Source of the DNA: an uncultured Chlamydiales bacterium
GTDB lineage: Bacteria; Chlamydiota; Chlamydiia; Chlamydiales; JAAKFR01
NCBI GenBank assembly: GCA_963705695.1
Contig: CAVPKN010000043.1
Span: 103-64,102, forward strand
Reading direction: 5' to 3'
Length of the DNA: 64,000 nt
Part shown: piece after piece, positions 9,142-19,647 of the stretch
How the letters are laid out: each line of letters begins with the position of its first letter
Position numbering within the stretch: position 1 is the first letter of the stretch
Notes under the pieces: model-generated
Database searches by the model: none
What the model was told of the DNA's origin: nothing
The model's input: only the letters and a program-made list of their open reading frames with translations
Program-made: the position numbers and the translations under genes

Positions 9142-10873
9142 AAAAGAGAGCTTGGACAAACTGCGTGAGAGAATCGATCTGATAGAGGTGATCTCTGGAT
9201 ATGTCGAGATGAAACGCTCTGGCGCTGCCTATAAAGCGCTTTGCCCCTTCCATCAAGAGAAAACACCCTCCTTCATGATCCAGAAAGGGGATACCCATTA
9301 CCATTGTTTTGGGTGTGGCGCCCACGGAGATGCGATCCAATTTCTAATGAATTATTTAAATTTGCCGTTTGTTGAAGCGGTCGAATTATTGGCTGAGCGT
9401 TTCCATGTCCCGTTGGAAAGGGAGCATATTAAAGAGGGAGAGGTAGAGAGAGGCGCTTTAAAAGAGGTGTGTCGTGTTGTAACCCAATTTTTTCATGCGG
9501 TATTGCTTTACACTGAAGAGGGAAAAGAGCCCCTCCATTATCTCTATAAAAGAGGGATCACCCTCGATTTCATCCGTCATTTTGAAGTGGGGTACGCCCC
9601 TTCGGATGCTGCTCTTTTTTTAAAAGTGATGAAGGGGGAAAAGATCAAGGAGGTTGTGTTGGCTGAAGCAGGATTGATTGGAGAGGGGAGACGTCCCTTT
9701 TTTCGCGATCGCATTATGTTCCCAATCAGCAACCAAGCAGGGAGTGTGATCGGATTTTCTGCTAGAAAGTATAAGGAAGCCACATTTGGTGGGAAGTATA
9801 TCAATACCCCTGAAACCCCTCTTTTTAAAAAATCGAGAGTGTTATTTGGCCTCAACTACTGCAGGCGGAGGATTATTAAGGAGAGGCGAGCGGTGATTGT
9901 CGAAGGGCAGATCGATTGTCTGAAGATGATTGAGGCGGGGTTAAATGTGACGGTGGCTGCTTTAGGAACTGCATTTGGTGAAGGGCACGTGGAGGAGTTA
10001 GTCAGGCTGGGCCTTCGCACGGCCTATTTGTTATTTGATGGAGATGAGGCGGGGAAAGGGGCCGCTTCAAAAGTGGGAGATCTTTTGCAGAAAAAGGGGA
10101 TCGAGGTCTTTGTGGTGAATTTACCGCAAGGAAGCGATCCTGACTCCTTTTTAACACAGTGGGGAATGAACCGTCTTCTCGAAGAGATTGTATCTGCTCA
10201 AAGTTATTTGGTGTTTCAGCTCGCTTATCTCAGCCGTGCACTCAATCTCGACTCTCCTGCAGGAAAGGCGGAAGTGGTTAAAATGATCAAAAAACAGATT
10301 GAGCAGTGGCAAGATCCCATTATGGTGCATGAGAGTTTGCGCAAGGTGGCTTTTTTGTTGAAAGTGCCTGAGGGGATGATCGAAGTGTTCCAGACTGCCT
10401 CTCCCTTATCCCCCTCGAAACAACCTCTTTCTCTACAAACCATCGATCCCAACCGGATTTTGGAATGCGATCTTCTCCGTTGGCTTATTTTAATAGGGGA
10501 GCCCTTTTTTCCTACGGCACGTACCTATCTCAATGAAAAACATTTTCTGACTCCCCAATGCCAAAAAATATTCCACGAGATCATCCATCACTCGACAGTC
10601 GATCTCCTTTCTCTCTCCTCTGTCGTCGAAGAGGATGCCTTTATGGATGAAATTCTGAACAAGAAAGTGAATCGAGAGCGGGCAGAAAGTCAATTTCTAG
10701 AAACGGTGCAAAAACTGCTCGATCGGGAGTGGATGCAACACCGGGAAGCGATCAAAATGGAGATCCATAGTGGTAAGCACTCGGATGAGAAAATTTTAGA
10801 GTTAGCAAAAAAATTCGACGCCCTCAAAACAGAGCGCCCCCTTGCCCATCTTATTAAATCAATCACCGCGTAA
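9134..10873 (+). CDS. dnaG: DNA primase
   Basis: Intact 579-aa ORF. It has the zinc ribbon CPFHQEKTPSF..HCFGCGAHGD and the TOPRIM motif VIVEGQIDCL. It overlaps the uvrC end by 8 nt. Confidence 0.95.
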   Translation: MFKKESLDKLRERIDLIEVISGYVEMKRSGAAYKALCPFHQEKTPSFMIQKGDTHYHCFGCGAHGDAIQFLMNYLNLPFVEAVELLAERFHVPLEREHIKEGEVERGALKEVCRVVTQFFHAVLLYTEEGKEPLHYLYKRGITLDFIRHFEVGYAPSDAALFLKVMKGEKIKEVVLAEAGLIGEGRRPFFRDRIMFPISNQAGSVIGFSARKYKEATFGGKYINTPETPLFKKSRVLFGLNYCRRRIIKERRAVIVEGQIDCLKMIEAGLNVTVAALGTAFGEGHVEELVRLGLRTAYLLFDGDEAGKGAASKVGDLLQKKGIEVFVVNLPQGSDPDSFLTQWGMNRLLEEIVSAQSYLVFQLAYLSRALNLDSPAGKAEVVKMIKKQIEQWQDPIMVHESLRKVAFLLKVPEGMIEVFQTASPLSPSKQPLSLQTIDPNRILECDLLRWLILIGEPFFPTARTYLNEKHFLTPQCQKIFHEIIHHSTVDLLSLSSVVEEDAFMDEILNKKVNRERAESQFLETVQKLLDREWMQHREAIKMEIHSGKHSDEKILELAKKFDALKTERPLAHLIKSITA

Positions 10874-13800
10874 CTGTATGTTCTTGGATTTTGCTGAAAT
10901 CGGCGAGTTCTTCGCAGAGATCCCAGATCTCTTGAAGGAGGGAGAGACGGTTGGTTCGAATGGAGGGATCATCATCGATGATTTTGACATGTTCAAACAG
11001 GGTGTTCACCGGTTGATGGAGTTGAGCGAGAGCAATAAAGGCCTCTTTCCATTGTCTCCCCTTCGGATCTCGTCGGTCAACGAGATCGACATGAAATTTC
11101 TTTTTGATTGAGAGTACAGTGGCGTACACCTGCTCTTCAGTTGTGTTTTTGAATAGAGTCGGCTCAACTGGGGGATAACGATTTTCGTCAAAGAAAGTAC
11201 CTCCGAGCTGGTTAGAGATCCAACCAGGGGAGAGTTCTGGATTTTGACTCAAAAGTATTTTCTTGGTCCTGGTGAAGAGTTCCAAAATATTTAAAAAAGC
11301 ATCATGGTGTGTTTTTCTAAATTCATGGAGCGCTTTCAGTTTGCGAAAAATGTCGTAAGGGTCATTAATACCTTGGCTAAGGGTTGCTTCCACTTCATCT
11401 TTATCGAAGCCATATTCATGCAATAAGGTGCGGAATCGGTTGAGGAAATAGCTTATAAGATCGCTGAGGATCGTTCCCTCCCTCTCTTCAATCTCTTTTT
11501 TGATTTTATCGGAAAGGTATGGGGTCTTTCTAAAAATGGCAAAACCCTCCTTGAAGGCCTTGTAGATGGGAAGATGGAGCTCCCCCTCAATCAACATTTT
11601 TAACATCCCAATGGCTTGCCGTCGGAGCGCGTAGGGATCGCTTGACGATGTGGGTTTGAGATCGAGGGCAAAACAACTTAAAAAATTGTCGATTTTTTCT
11701 GCCATACTGAGGAGCACTCCACAGGGGGTCTTTGGGAGAGGTGCCTTTTCCCCACGCGGCATCCAATGCTCTTCAATGGCCAAGGCCGTTGCCTCCTTCT
11801 CCCCCCCTTTTAACGCGTAGAGTTTCCCTGCAGTTCCCTGGAGTTCGGGAAATTCACCCACTAAATGGGAAGCTAAATCGGCTTTGCATAGGCTTGCCGC
11901 GCGGCGCAAAATATCTAATTCGCAAATTGGGAGATAATTATGGAGAATTTCAGCCAATCCGGTGACCCGCTTCACTTTTTCCCAGACGCTTCCTAACTCC
12001 TTTTGAAAAATGAGGTGTTTGAGCTTTTCGTTGAACTGGGAGAGCGGTATTTTTAGATCCTCTTCGTAGAGGAACATTCCATCAGATAGGCGGGGAGAGA
12101 GGGCTTTCTGATTTCCTGCTCGAATCAGATCACTCGGTGTGTTGTTGCAAACGATGGCAAAATGGGGGATGAGGTTTCCTTGAAGATCGGCGAGTGGGAA
12201 ATACTTTTGGTGCTCCACCATTTCGGAGATAGAGACCTCTTTCGGTGTCTGCAGGTATTTTTTATCAAAGTTGCCAACTGTAATGAAGGGATATTCGACG
12301 AGATGGAGGACCTGATGCATGACACGCTCTTTAGCAATGACCTTTGCATTGAAAGAGTGCTCCACTTTTCCGAGCTGCATTTCGATCGATTCTGCCCTCT
12401 CTTTGACATCTGCGATCACAGAGTGTTTTCTCAAGAGATCGGTATACTCTTGAGGATTGGAAAGCTCGAGTGGTAGCGGCGCCATTTGTCGATGTCCGTA
12501 AGTCAGATTGGAGGAGACAATATCTCCAACTACAAAGGGGATGATCTCATTGCCATAAAGAGCGGCGATCCATTTTAAGGGGCGTGCATATTCGATGTCG
12601 AGATCGGACCACCTCATTTTTTTGGGAAACTCGAGTCCTAAAATGAGTTTACGCAAATTGTGTGCTAACAATTGCCTCGTTGCGATCCCTTTCTGCTCCA
12701 ACGTAGCGAAGAGGTAGCCGCTCCCTTTGATCGTGCGTATTTCAAGTCCAGGAATTTCTCCTCGTTCGATTTGGGAGAGAGTCGGCTTGTCAAACTGGAG
12801 AGAGCGGAAAAACCCCTCTCCTGCCTTTGAAGGGCGACCATCGGATTCAAACGCGGCGGCGATCGCCGGCCCTTTCCGCTCAATCCTTTTACCCTCTGTT
12901 CCGCCTGCTAATTGGGTCACTCTCACCGCTAAACGACGGGGAGTGCCAAAAACCTCAAGGTGTTCAAAGGGGAGTTCATTCTCTTGTAGGAGGCTCCTCA
13001 TATGGCTTTCGAGCTGCTGCATACCGATCGGCACGAAAGTAGCAGGAAGCTCTTCCGATCCTATTTCGAGTAGGAAATCACGCTTTTCAGAAGGATCGTG
13101 CTTTTCACTCACAGCGGGGATGGCAACTTCGCTTCGCTTACGGTGGTTTCTCATGAGAGGGAAGGAGAGGCGCTGGCGGCTCTCAATCCAACTTTCCGCC
13201 AAGGCTTTGGCTAAATTACGGATCCGGGCGATATAAGCTGTCCGTTCCGTTACAGAGATTACGCCCCGCGCGTCTAAAATATTAAAGGCATGGGAACATT
13301 TCATCACAAAATCGTAGGCAGGGATCGGGAAATGGCGCGCGATCAGACGGATGGCTTCAGCCTCGAACTCTTCGAAATGGCGGAGCCACATCGCTGTATC
13401 TGCTTCTGTAAAATTGTAATGACTCCATTCAAACTCGCTCCGTTTATAAATATCTCCATAGGTGACTTCATGATTCCATTGGAGATCAAAGAGCGAGTCA
13501 ACACCTTGGATATACATCGCCAATCTCTCCAGGCCGAAGTAATCTCCCCACTCACAGGGTTTACAGGGATACCGCCGACTGCCTGAAAGTAGGTGAACTG
13601 CGTGATCTCCATCCCATCGGACCACACCTCCCATCCTAATCCCCATGCCCCAATAGTGGGATTTTCCCAATCGTCATGGACAAAGCGGATATCGTGTTTG
13701 TTCAAATCGAAACCAATAGACCTTCAAGTGACTGAAGATAGAGAATCTCTGTATGTTATGAGGGGAGGGTTCTCAGGATCACTTGCATTTGATGGTAAAA

Positions 13801-14016
13801 TTGGACTCGATTGAGGGGTTTCTCTCCGTACCTGCCATCTTGGGGGCGGCGTGAAGGCTCGACATATACAGCCGAATACGGTTCGGGACCCAAACAGCGC
13901 AAAAAGGTAGCTGGATTGAAAGTCTTATCCTGCTCCCACTTCAAGATCATGATTAACGAGACATCCCTTTTCTGCCCAAAATTGGGTCAATTAGTACTAT
14001 TTCTAAAATTAAGCAT
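10863..14016 (-). CDS. glyQS: glycine--tRNA ligase, fused alpha-beta form (body intact; N-terminal ~700 nt has about five or more frame disruptions)
   Basis: The 935-aa ORF 10863..13670 contains the alpha C-terminus ([13 protein letters not shown]..) running directly into the beta N-terminus ([14 protein letters not shown]). Upstream fragments in shifting frames read [59 protein letters not shown] and [20 protein letters not shown]. The start ATG is at 14016. Confidence 0.9.
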
Positions 14017-14133
14017 CTTACGCTTTCCCTAGGTAAAAAAAATAACTATAAAAAATTCTCGTAGGATCAGCAATCATAAAAAAAGGTTACTTTATTTAAT
14101 ACCTTAATCCTAAAAATGATAAGAGAACACATT

Positions 14134-15471
14134 ATGGCTGCATCTTTAGATACTCACCTCGTAGCTGCTCGCTTGAATCTTGCAGGTTATGATGTTGATG
14201 CCAACCAAGTGAACGATTGATCGAGGCAAGTCCTACATACCGTAGTGCTATTATTATCCTAAGTAATCAGCTCACGATGACGGGTATGGATTTTCGGCGC
14301 AATGAGGATGGGGAGATTCAACCTACTGCTGTCTATCAAGAGGCTCGCAGGCTGCATCTGTCCAACAAGTCGCTCGTAACACTTTGCCAAAGACAGAAAA
14401 AAATTATTTGATATTTAATCCCCTGAGCGCTGTTTGGAAATCAGATGTGATTCGAACGTATGCGACCATTCTCCCTTTTACCTACATTTTTGGAATGATG
14501 GGTTACGCCGCGTCTCTACCGCTCCGTGTAGGCTCTTTTTACACTCCTTTTTCATGCTCTTTGCAGAATTTTTTAAAACGTTTGCTACTGGAGAATGGAG
14601 CACCCTGTGCAATCGGATGGAGAAGCGTGCCTTTGCCCTTTTGGGGACTACCGGTGAATTGATTTCAGGAACTGTGGGGTGCGTCTGTCCTCCCCTTGCC
14701 TATTGTGCCGATGAGGGATCCGATCAACCAAAAGATCCATGAATGGTACCGCGCTTGTAGGATGAGTTACTGGAACCAGGAAGAACAGGGGCAGGGAATC
14801 ATGGAAACCGTAATCGCAGACTCGGAGCGGGCGCGCGAGGCAAAACATGATAGAGAAATTGATGCACTTAAGAAAAAGTTCACTCTGCTACGAGATTATA
14901 CGGTCAAAGCAAAGAATTTGCTGATTGAATATGTCGACGATGCTGGAATGCCCTATACGCTCTATACTTTCCCAACATTGGGGTTGGTTCGAGCGTCTGC
15001 GGATGAGATTTCTCTTCAGGAAGTCACCGATTTAGTCATTGAGAAATACGCGACTCAGGAAAAAGATGAGGGGAAGGTCTTCAAAAGAGAGAAAAACTGG
15101 AGAAAAATCTCAGACAATTTAAAGCGCTTTGGGATGTTTTAGTAGGATCGGAGCAAGCAGAAGCTCAAAAAGTGGTGCGCGCGATTAAATATGAGTTGCT
15201 TTTAGATGCTGCAGCGGATGATTTCAAGGAGGGTGAAAATCGAGAGAGCGTTGAAAAAAAACTAAAAAGCTGCCTTGCTAAAATGGATAAGCAATCCATC
15301 GTTGTTGATGGCGAAACTCTAACTGCCGGTCAAGCGGTGGCACAAATGAAAAAAAACATGAGCGAATTTACCCAAGACATCTGTAACGTCAATAGAGATC
15401 TTTTTCTAGCTCTCTCTAACCTCAGCAACGCAAAAGAAGCGGTTCAGGCGGACGAAGACGATCCAGAATAA
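14134..15471 (+). pseudogene. chain of abutting ORF fragments in shifting frames; probable single disrupted lineage-specific gene
   Basis: The ATG at 14134 gives MAASLDTHLVAARLNLAGYDVDANQVND. Fragments then follow at 14217, 14384, 14434, 14696 and 15172, each starting where the previous one stops. I recognise no family. Confidence 0.4.
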
Positions 15472-15552
15472 TCATGCACATCGGAATGGCTCCTTGCAAT
15501 AAAAGAGGCAGGGAATTAACGTTTCTTAGTAAAAGTTAAGTATGTTGGGCGC

Positions 15553-16149
15553 GTGAGCCTAGCCAATTATCTCACCTTTATCCGTATATTTGTGAGTCCC
15601 ATTTTCATGTTCCTTTATTTGGAACATGATTTGTTGGGGATTAGTTTGGCGGTTTTGCCATATATTCTCCTTGTCCTTCTAGGGATTTCGGAGCTCTCTG
15701 ATGCTTTTGATGGGTATGTCGCCAGAAAATTCCATCAAGTCACCGATTTGGGAAAAATTCTCGATCCGATGGCCGATAGCATCTATCGAATCTCAGTTTT
15801 TCTCACATTTACCCAACCCCCAGTGAATCTCCCCTTGCTCATTGTTTTTATTTTTCTCTACCGCGATTCAGTGATCAGTACCTTGCGTACGATCTGCGCT
15901 TTGCGTGGCTTTGCCTTGGCAGCGCGCTCCTCAGGAAAAATCAAGGCTGTCATTCAGGCTGGATGCTTGTTCGTGATTTTGCTCTTGATGATTCCTTATA
16001 CGATGGGATATCTCTCGTACGGTGTGTTACATGGCATTTCAATCGGTGCCGTTTCCTTGGCTGCTCTCTATGCCCTCTATTCAGGAGTGGAGTACATTTG
16101 GGCGAATAGAACCTACGTTCTTAGGCTTTTGTTTGACAAGGGGGAGTAG
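15553..16149 (+). CDS. pgsA: CDP-diacylglycerol--glycerol-3-phosphate 3-phosphatidyltransferase
   Basis: 198-aa polytopic ORF carrying the CDP-alcohol phosphotransferase motif DAFDGYVARKFHQVTDLGKILDPMADSI. Confidence 0.9.
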   Translation: MSLANYLTFIRIFVSPIFMFLYLEHDLLGISLAVLPYILLVLLGISELSDAFDGYVARKFHQVTDLGKILDPMADSIYRISVFLTFTQPPVNLPLLIVFIFLYRDSVISTLRTICALRGFALAARSSGKIKAVIQAGCLFVILLLMIPYTMGYLSYGVLHGISIGAVSLAALYALYSGVEYIWANRTYVLRLLFDKGE

Positions 16150-17530
16150 TATTATAAACGGTGAGATACTCCTCTGCCGGCCTTTCCCAGCTATAATCTT
16201 CCTCCATGCCACTGAGTTGCATGGCGCGCCATTTTAGGGGGTGCTCATACCAAGTTTGAAAGGCTCTGTCGAGTGCGGTATTGATCCCTTCAACGGTAAA
16301 GGGAGTGAATGTAAACCCATTTTTTCCATCAAAGACTGTATCGCTTAGGCCCCCTGTCCTCCTCACCACAGGGACCGTCCCATATCGCATCGCAATGAGT
16401 TGAGTGAGGCCACACGGTTCAAAAAGGGAGGGGACTAAAAAGAGATCTCCGGCTGCATAGACGATATGAGAGAGCGCTTCGTTATAAGTCAGTTCGAGAT
16501 GAACATGGGCTGACCCTGCGAGTTTCCTTTTCAAATTATAAAATTGAGTATGTGTCGCTTGATCTAGTGCAGAACCTAGGAGTACAAACTGCCCTCCCCA
16601 TTCTAAAGTACGGAGGAGCGCCGCTTTAATTAATTCGGGCCCTTTTTGAGCCACAAGGCGGGTCACCACGCAAACTAGAGGGGATTTTTCATCAGCCAGA
16701 GAGAGGCGAGCCTTCAATTCTTCCTTCACATCCCCTTTTTTGTCGAGGGAGCGGAGGGAATAGTGGAGGGGGAGATGGGGATCGGTTTGCGGATTCCAAT
16801 ACGAATAATCGATCCCGTTTAAAATCCCTGAAAATTTTGTCTGATGTCTTTTAAGGGTACCTTGTAGCGATCCTCCCAAATCGGAGGTCAACAATTCCCG
16901 TGCGTAGTTCGGGGAGACTGTTGTGACTTGATCGGCATAGATGATCCCCCCTTTTAGCAAGTTATAAGATTCCCCATCTCGCAAGCTTTCATCAACCCAA
17001 TCTAATTTTTCCAGATCGTGTTCGTTACAGAGACCTTGGTAGGCAAAATTATGGATTGTAAAAACTGTTTGTACCTCAATTGTAGGTGTATTTTTAATTA
17101 AGCCAGCAAGCGCTGCTGTGTGCCAATCATGGAGATGAACGACGTCACACCCTTTTTTAAGAAGATAGGAAAGAGCGGCCGCGCAGAAATAGAGAAATCG
17201 GGCATTATCATCGGGGCATCCATATACTTTCCCTCTTTCAAAATATCCATTAGCATCATGGGATTCGATGAAAAGAAGGGGTATCCCATCAATCATTCCT
17301 TCCCATAGCGTATTGGTATGGTGAGTCTGGCCAAATGAAACAATGTGGTTGTTGTCGACGACTTTGAGAAATTCTAGATCGCTCAGATCAAGTGTATCGT
17401 ATTCAGGCAAAACAACTTCTACAGTATGTCCCCTTTTTAATAGCGCTTTGGACAGCCCATGCACGACATCTCCCAGCCCTCCCACTTTCACAATCGGCGC
17501 CAGTTCGGCAGCCACATGCATAATCTTCAT
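16121..17530 (-). CDS. glgA: glycogen synthase
   Basis: MKIMHVAAELAPIVKVGGLGDVVHGLSKAL matches the GlgA N-terminus. I placed the start at the internal ATG at 17530 rather than the ORF-track start at 17566. Confidence 0.9.
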   Translation of the reverse strand: MKIMHVAAELAPIVKVGGLGDVVHGLSKALLKRGHTVEVVLPEYDTLDLSDLEFLKVVDNNHIVSFGQTHHTNTLWEGMIDGIPLLFIESHDANGYFERGKVYGCPDDNARFLYFCAAALSYLLKKGCDVVHLHDWHTAALAGLIKNTPTIEVQTVFTIHNFAYQGLCNEHDLEKLDWVDESLRDGESYNLLKGGIIYADQVTTVSPNYARELLTSDLGGSLQGTLKRHQTKFSGILNGIDYSYWNPQTDPHLPLHYSLRSLDKKGDVKEELKARLSLADEKSPLVCVVTRLVAQKGPELIKAALLRTLEWGGQFVLLGSALDQATHTQFYNLKRKLAGSAHVHLELTYNEALSHIVYAAGDLFLVPSLFEPCGLTQLIAMRYGTVPVVRRTGGLSDTVFDGKNGFTFTPFTVEGINTALDRAFQTWYEHPLKWRAMQLSGMEEDYSWERPAEEYLTVYNTTPPCQTKA

Positions 17531-17640
17531 AGGCCGCACTCTACTTCCCCCCTCTTTATCCTGCAACCCATGAAATGTGGTAAAATTTTACTTAAAGTAG
17601 CGAAAATCACATACCAGGGCGTTTTTTTAATGTGACTTTA

Positions 17641-17901
17641 GAAATAGGAAATGGGTAGACATGTCGGGTGGGTACGTCACTTCGTGTCAGTACCCCCCTG
17701 CGACCCCCTTGAGCCTCATCTCGCTTAGCCGGAATCACATCCTCGCTAGTGGGTTGTGCAGAGCACTAACCCACCGCCCTAGTCGGGCTTTCGCTGCGGG
17801 TGTGATCCGGCGTTGCGAGATGAGGCTCAATGGGGGTCGCAGGGGGTGGCCCGACATGAAATGACGGGCAACGACCCGACATGTCTATACGATTCCTATT
17901 T
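17641..17901. mobile_element. MITE-like foldback element, family D, copy 1
   Basis: The termini gaaataggaa..tagacatgtcggg and cccgacatgtcta..ttcctattt are inverted. The interior is itself palindromic (ccccctgcgacccccttgagcctcatctcgc / gcgagatgaggctcaatgggggtcgcaggggg). It shares its ends and left interior with the element at 45472..46073. Confidence 0.7.
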
Positions 17902-17993
17902 TTAGAAGAGGATATCGAGTCGAGATGGTAGTGTGCAAATACTCTGGTCTTGGCAAAAAATGGATGGGGGGGGTAGTATGACTCCATTTTTGA

Positions 17994-18065
17994 TGGGGTG
18001 TAGCCAAGTGGTAAGGCAGCGGTTTTTGGTACCGCCATTCGGAGGTTCGAATCCTTCCACCCCAA
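17994..18065 (+). tRNA. tRNA-Gln (anticodon UUG)
   Basis: Hand-folded cloverleaf. The acceptor stem is tggggtg/cacccca. The anticodon stem gcggt/accgc carries the loop ttTTGgt. The T arm is ggagg-ttcgaat-ccttc. CCA is not encoded. The sequence closely resembles bacterial tRNA-Gln. Confidence 0.85.
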
Positions 18066-18077
18066 TCTGCGCTTATA

Positions 18078-19031
18078 GTGAGTGACAAATTGAGTAAAAG
18101 CTCATTTGCTTTGTTTTCTGGAAATTCCCATCCTGCTTTTGCGGCTGAATTGGCCCGCTATCTTAATATGGAATTGGGAAAGGTGCATTTTGAGCCTTTC
18201 CCCGATGGTGAGATCTACCTGCAGATTCAAGAAAATGTGCGGGGCCGAGATGTCTTTGTCATTCAATCCATTGCCCGCGATCCCAATTACTATTTAATGG
18301 AATTGCTGATCATGATCGATGCCCTGAAAAGGGCGTCGGCAGAGAGCATTGTGGCTGTGATCCCCTATTTTGGTTATAGCCGCCAAGACCGGAAAGACAA
18401 ACCCCGAGTACCTATTTCGGCTAAGTTGGTTGCCGATTTGCTGGCAACCGCAGGGGCGACACGCGTTTTGACAATGGATCTTCATGCCGGACAGATTCAG
18501 GGATTTTTCGATATTCCGGTCGATAATCTTTACGCCAGGCCCCTTTTGGCGGGAAAATTTTTCTGAGCTGCACTTAAGAGATTCGTCATTATGGCTCCCG
18601 ACCTCGGCGCCATAAAAATTGCCCGCGCCTATTCCAACCAACTGCATGCTGAGTTTGCTGTCATGGATAAGCGGAGAGTGAGCACCGAAGAGGTCAGTAT
18701 CACGTCGATCATTGGATCAGATGTGCAGGGGAGGGATGTTTTGCTCGTCGATGACTTATGTTCCACTGCGGGGACTTTGGTAACAGCAGCTGAAACCTGC
18801 CAAAGAAATGGGGCAAAAAGAATCTTTGCCGCTTTTACCCATGGACTCCTTGTAGGAGGAGCTGTGAGGAAGTTGGAGGATTCGGCAATTGAAAAAATAT
18901 TTATGACAAATACGGTCCCTTTAATTGAGGAGAGAGCTATGAAATTTGAAATCATCTCAGCTGCCCCCCTCTTTGGAGAAGCCATTCGGTGTATCAACTC
19001 TGCCGATTCGATCTCGTCGATTTTCAATTAG
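18078..19031 (+). CDS. prs: ribose-phosphate pyrophosphokinase interrupted by one in-frame TGA (18564..18566)
   Basis: Fragments 18078..18566 and 18591..19031 are in the same frame. Read-through gives ..[32 protein letters not shown]. This aligns without gaps to the region of Prs preceding the conserved VVSPD.GG..RA motif. Confidence 0.9.
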
Positions 19032-19088
19032 CACAAAAATCGGGTGTCACATATACTCTCCTTCTTTCACTATTTTTTGGAGAGAGTC

Positions 19089-19646
19089 ATGAAACTCAGT
19101 GTGACAAAGCGCACGGCAAAAACGAAATCGGATTTACGAATGATTCGGCGTGAGGGAAAAATCCCCGCTATTCTCTACTCTAAAGGAAAGAGTGGGGAGG
19201 AGATCGTTGTCGATGGGATTGACTTTCAAAAAATTTTAAACACAACGCCTACGGGAACACTTTCCTCTAAAGTTTTTAAACTCGATATTGAGGGAAAATC
19301 GATCCAAGCGATTGTCAAAGACATTCAATACAATATTACAACCTACGCTGTGATTCATATCGATTTTGAAGAGCTCCACGCCGACCATCCTGTCACGCTC
19401 AATATCCCTTTAAAATGTGTGAATGCAGCCAATTGTGCTGGAGTTAAACTGGGGGGTGTGATTCGACAGGTCGTAAGACAGGTGAAGGTATCATGCCTTC
19501 CTAAACATATCCCTGATGAATTTGAGCTCGATCTCCTTGATTTGAATCTTGGGCAGATGATAAAACTGGAACATTTAAAAATTCCTAAAGAGGTGCGTCC
19601 TGCGGGTAAAATGAAAGGAGTCGCTGTAGTCATCGCAAGAAAGTAG
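19089..19646 (+). CDS. rplY: 50S ribosomal protein L25 / general stress protein Ctc
   Basis: The sequence reads MKLSVTKRTAKTKSDLRMIRREGKIPAILYSKG. I chose the ATG at 19089 because it is preceded by GGAGAGAG. Confidence 0.85.
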   Translation: MKLSVTKRTAKTKSDLRMIRREGKIPAILYSKGKSGEEIVVDGIDFQKILNTTPTGTLSSKVFKLDIEGKSIQAIVKDIQYNITTYAVIHIDFEELHADHPVTLNIPLKCVNAANCAGVKLGGVIRQVVRQVKVSCLPKHIPDEFELDLLDLNLGQMIKLEHLKIPKEVRPAGKMKGVAVVIARK

Positions 19647-19647
19647 G

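Noticed and set aside
10842-13236. Numerous ORFs of 60-170 aa lie antisense to glyQS (for example 12727..13236). Similar antisense ORFs occur in mutS, uvrC, dnaG, glgA, the mqn gene and the coiled-coil gene (for example 27556..27933).
   Set aside because: Each is fully embedded opposite a long gene with strong homology. Their compositions are low-complexity and Ser/Arg/Cys-rich, and they lack ribosome-binding sites. This is typical shadow-ORF noise.
18564-18566. The in-frame TGA in prs might be evidence for an alternative genetic code (TGA = Trp or Gly).
   Set aside because: TGA clearly terminates several well-defined genes here (rpmH, pth, rpsF, kdpF, kdpA), at positions matching the expected protein ends. 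Conserved Trp residues are encoded by TGG. No other conserved gene shows an in-frame TGA.
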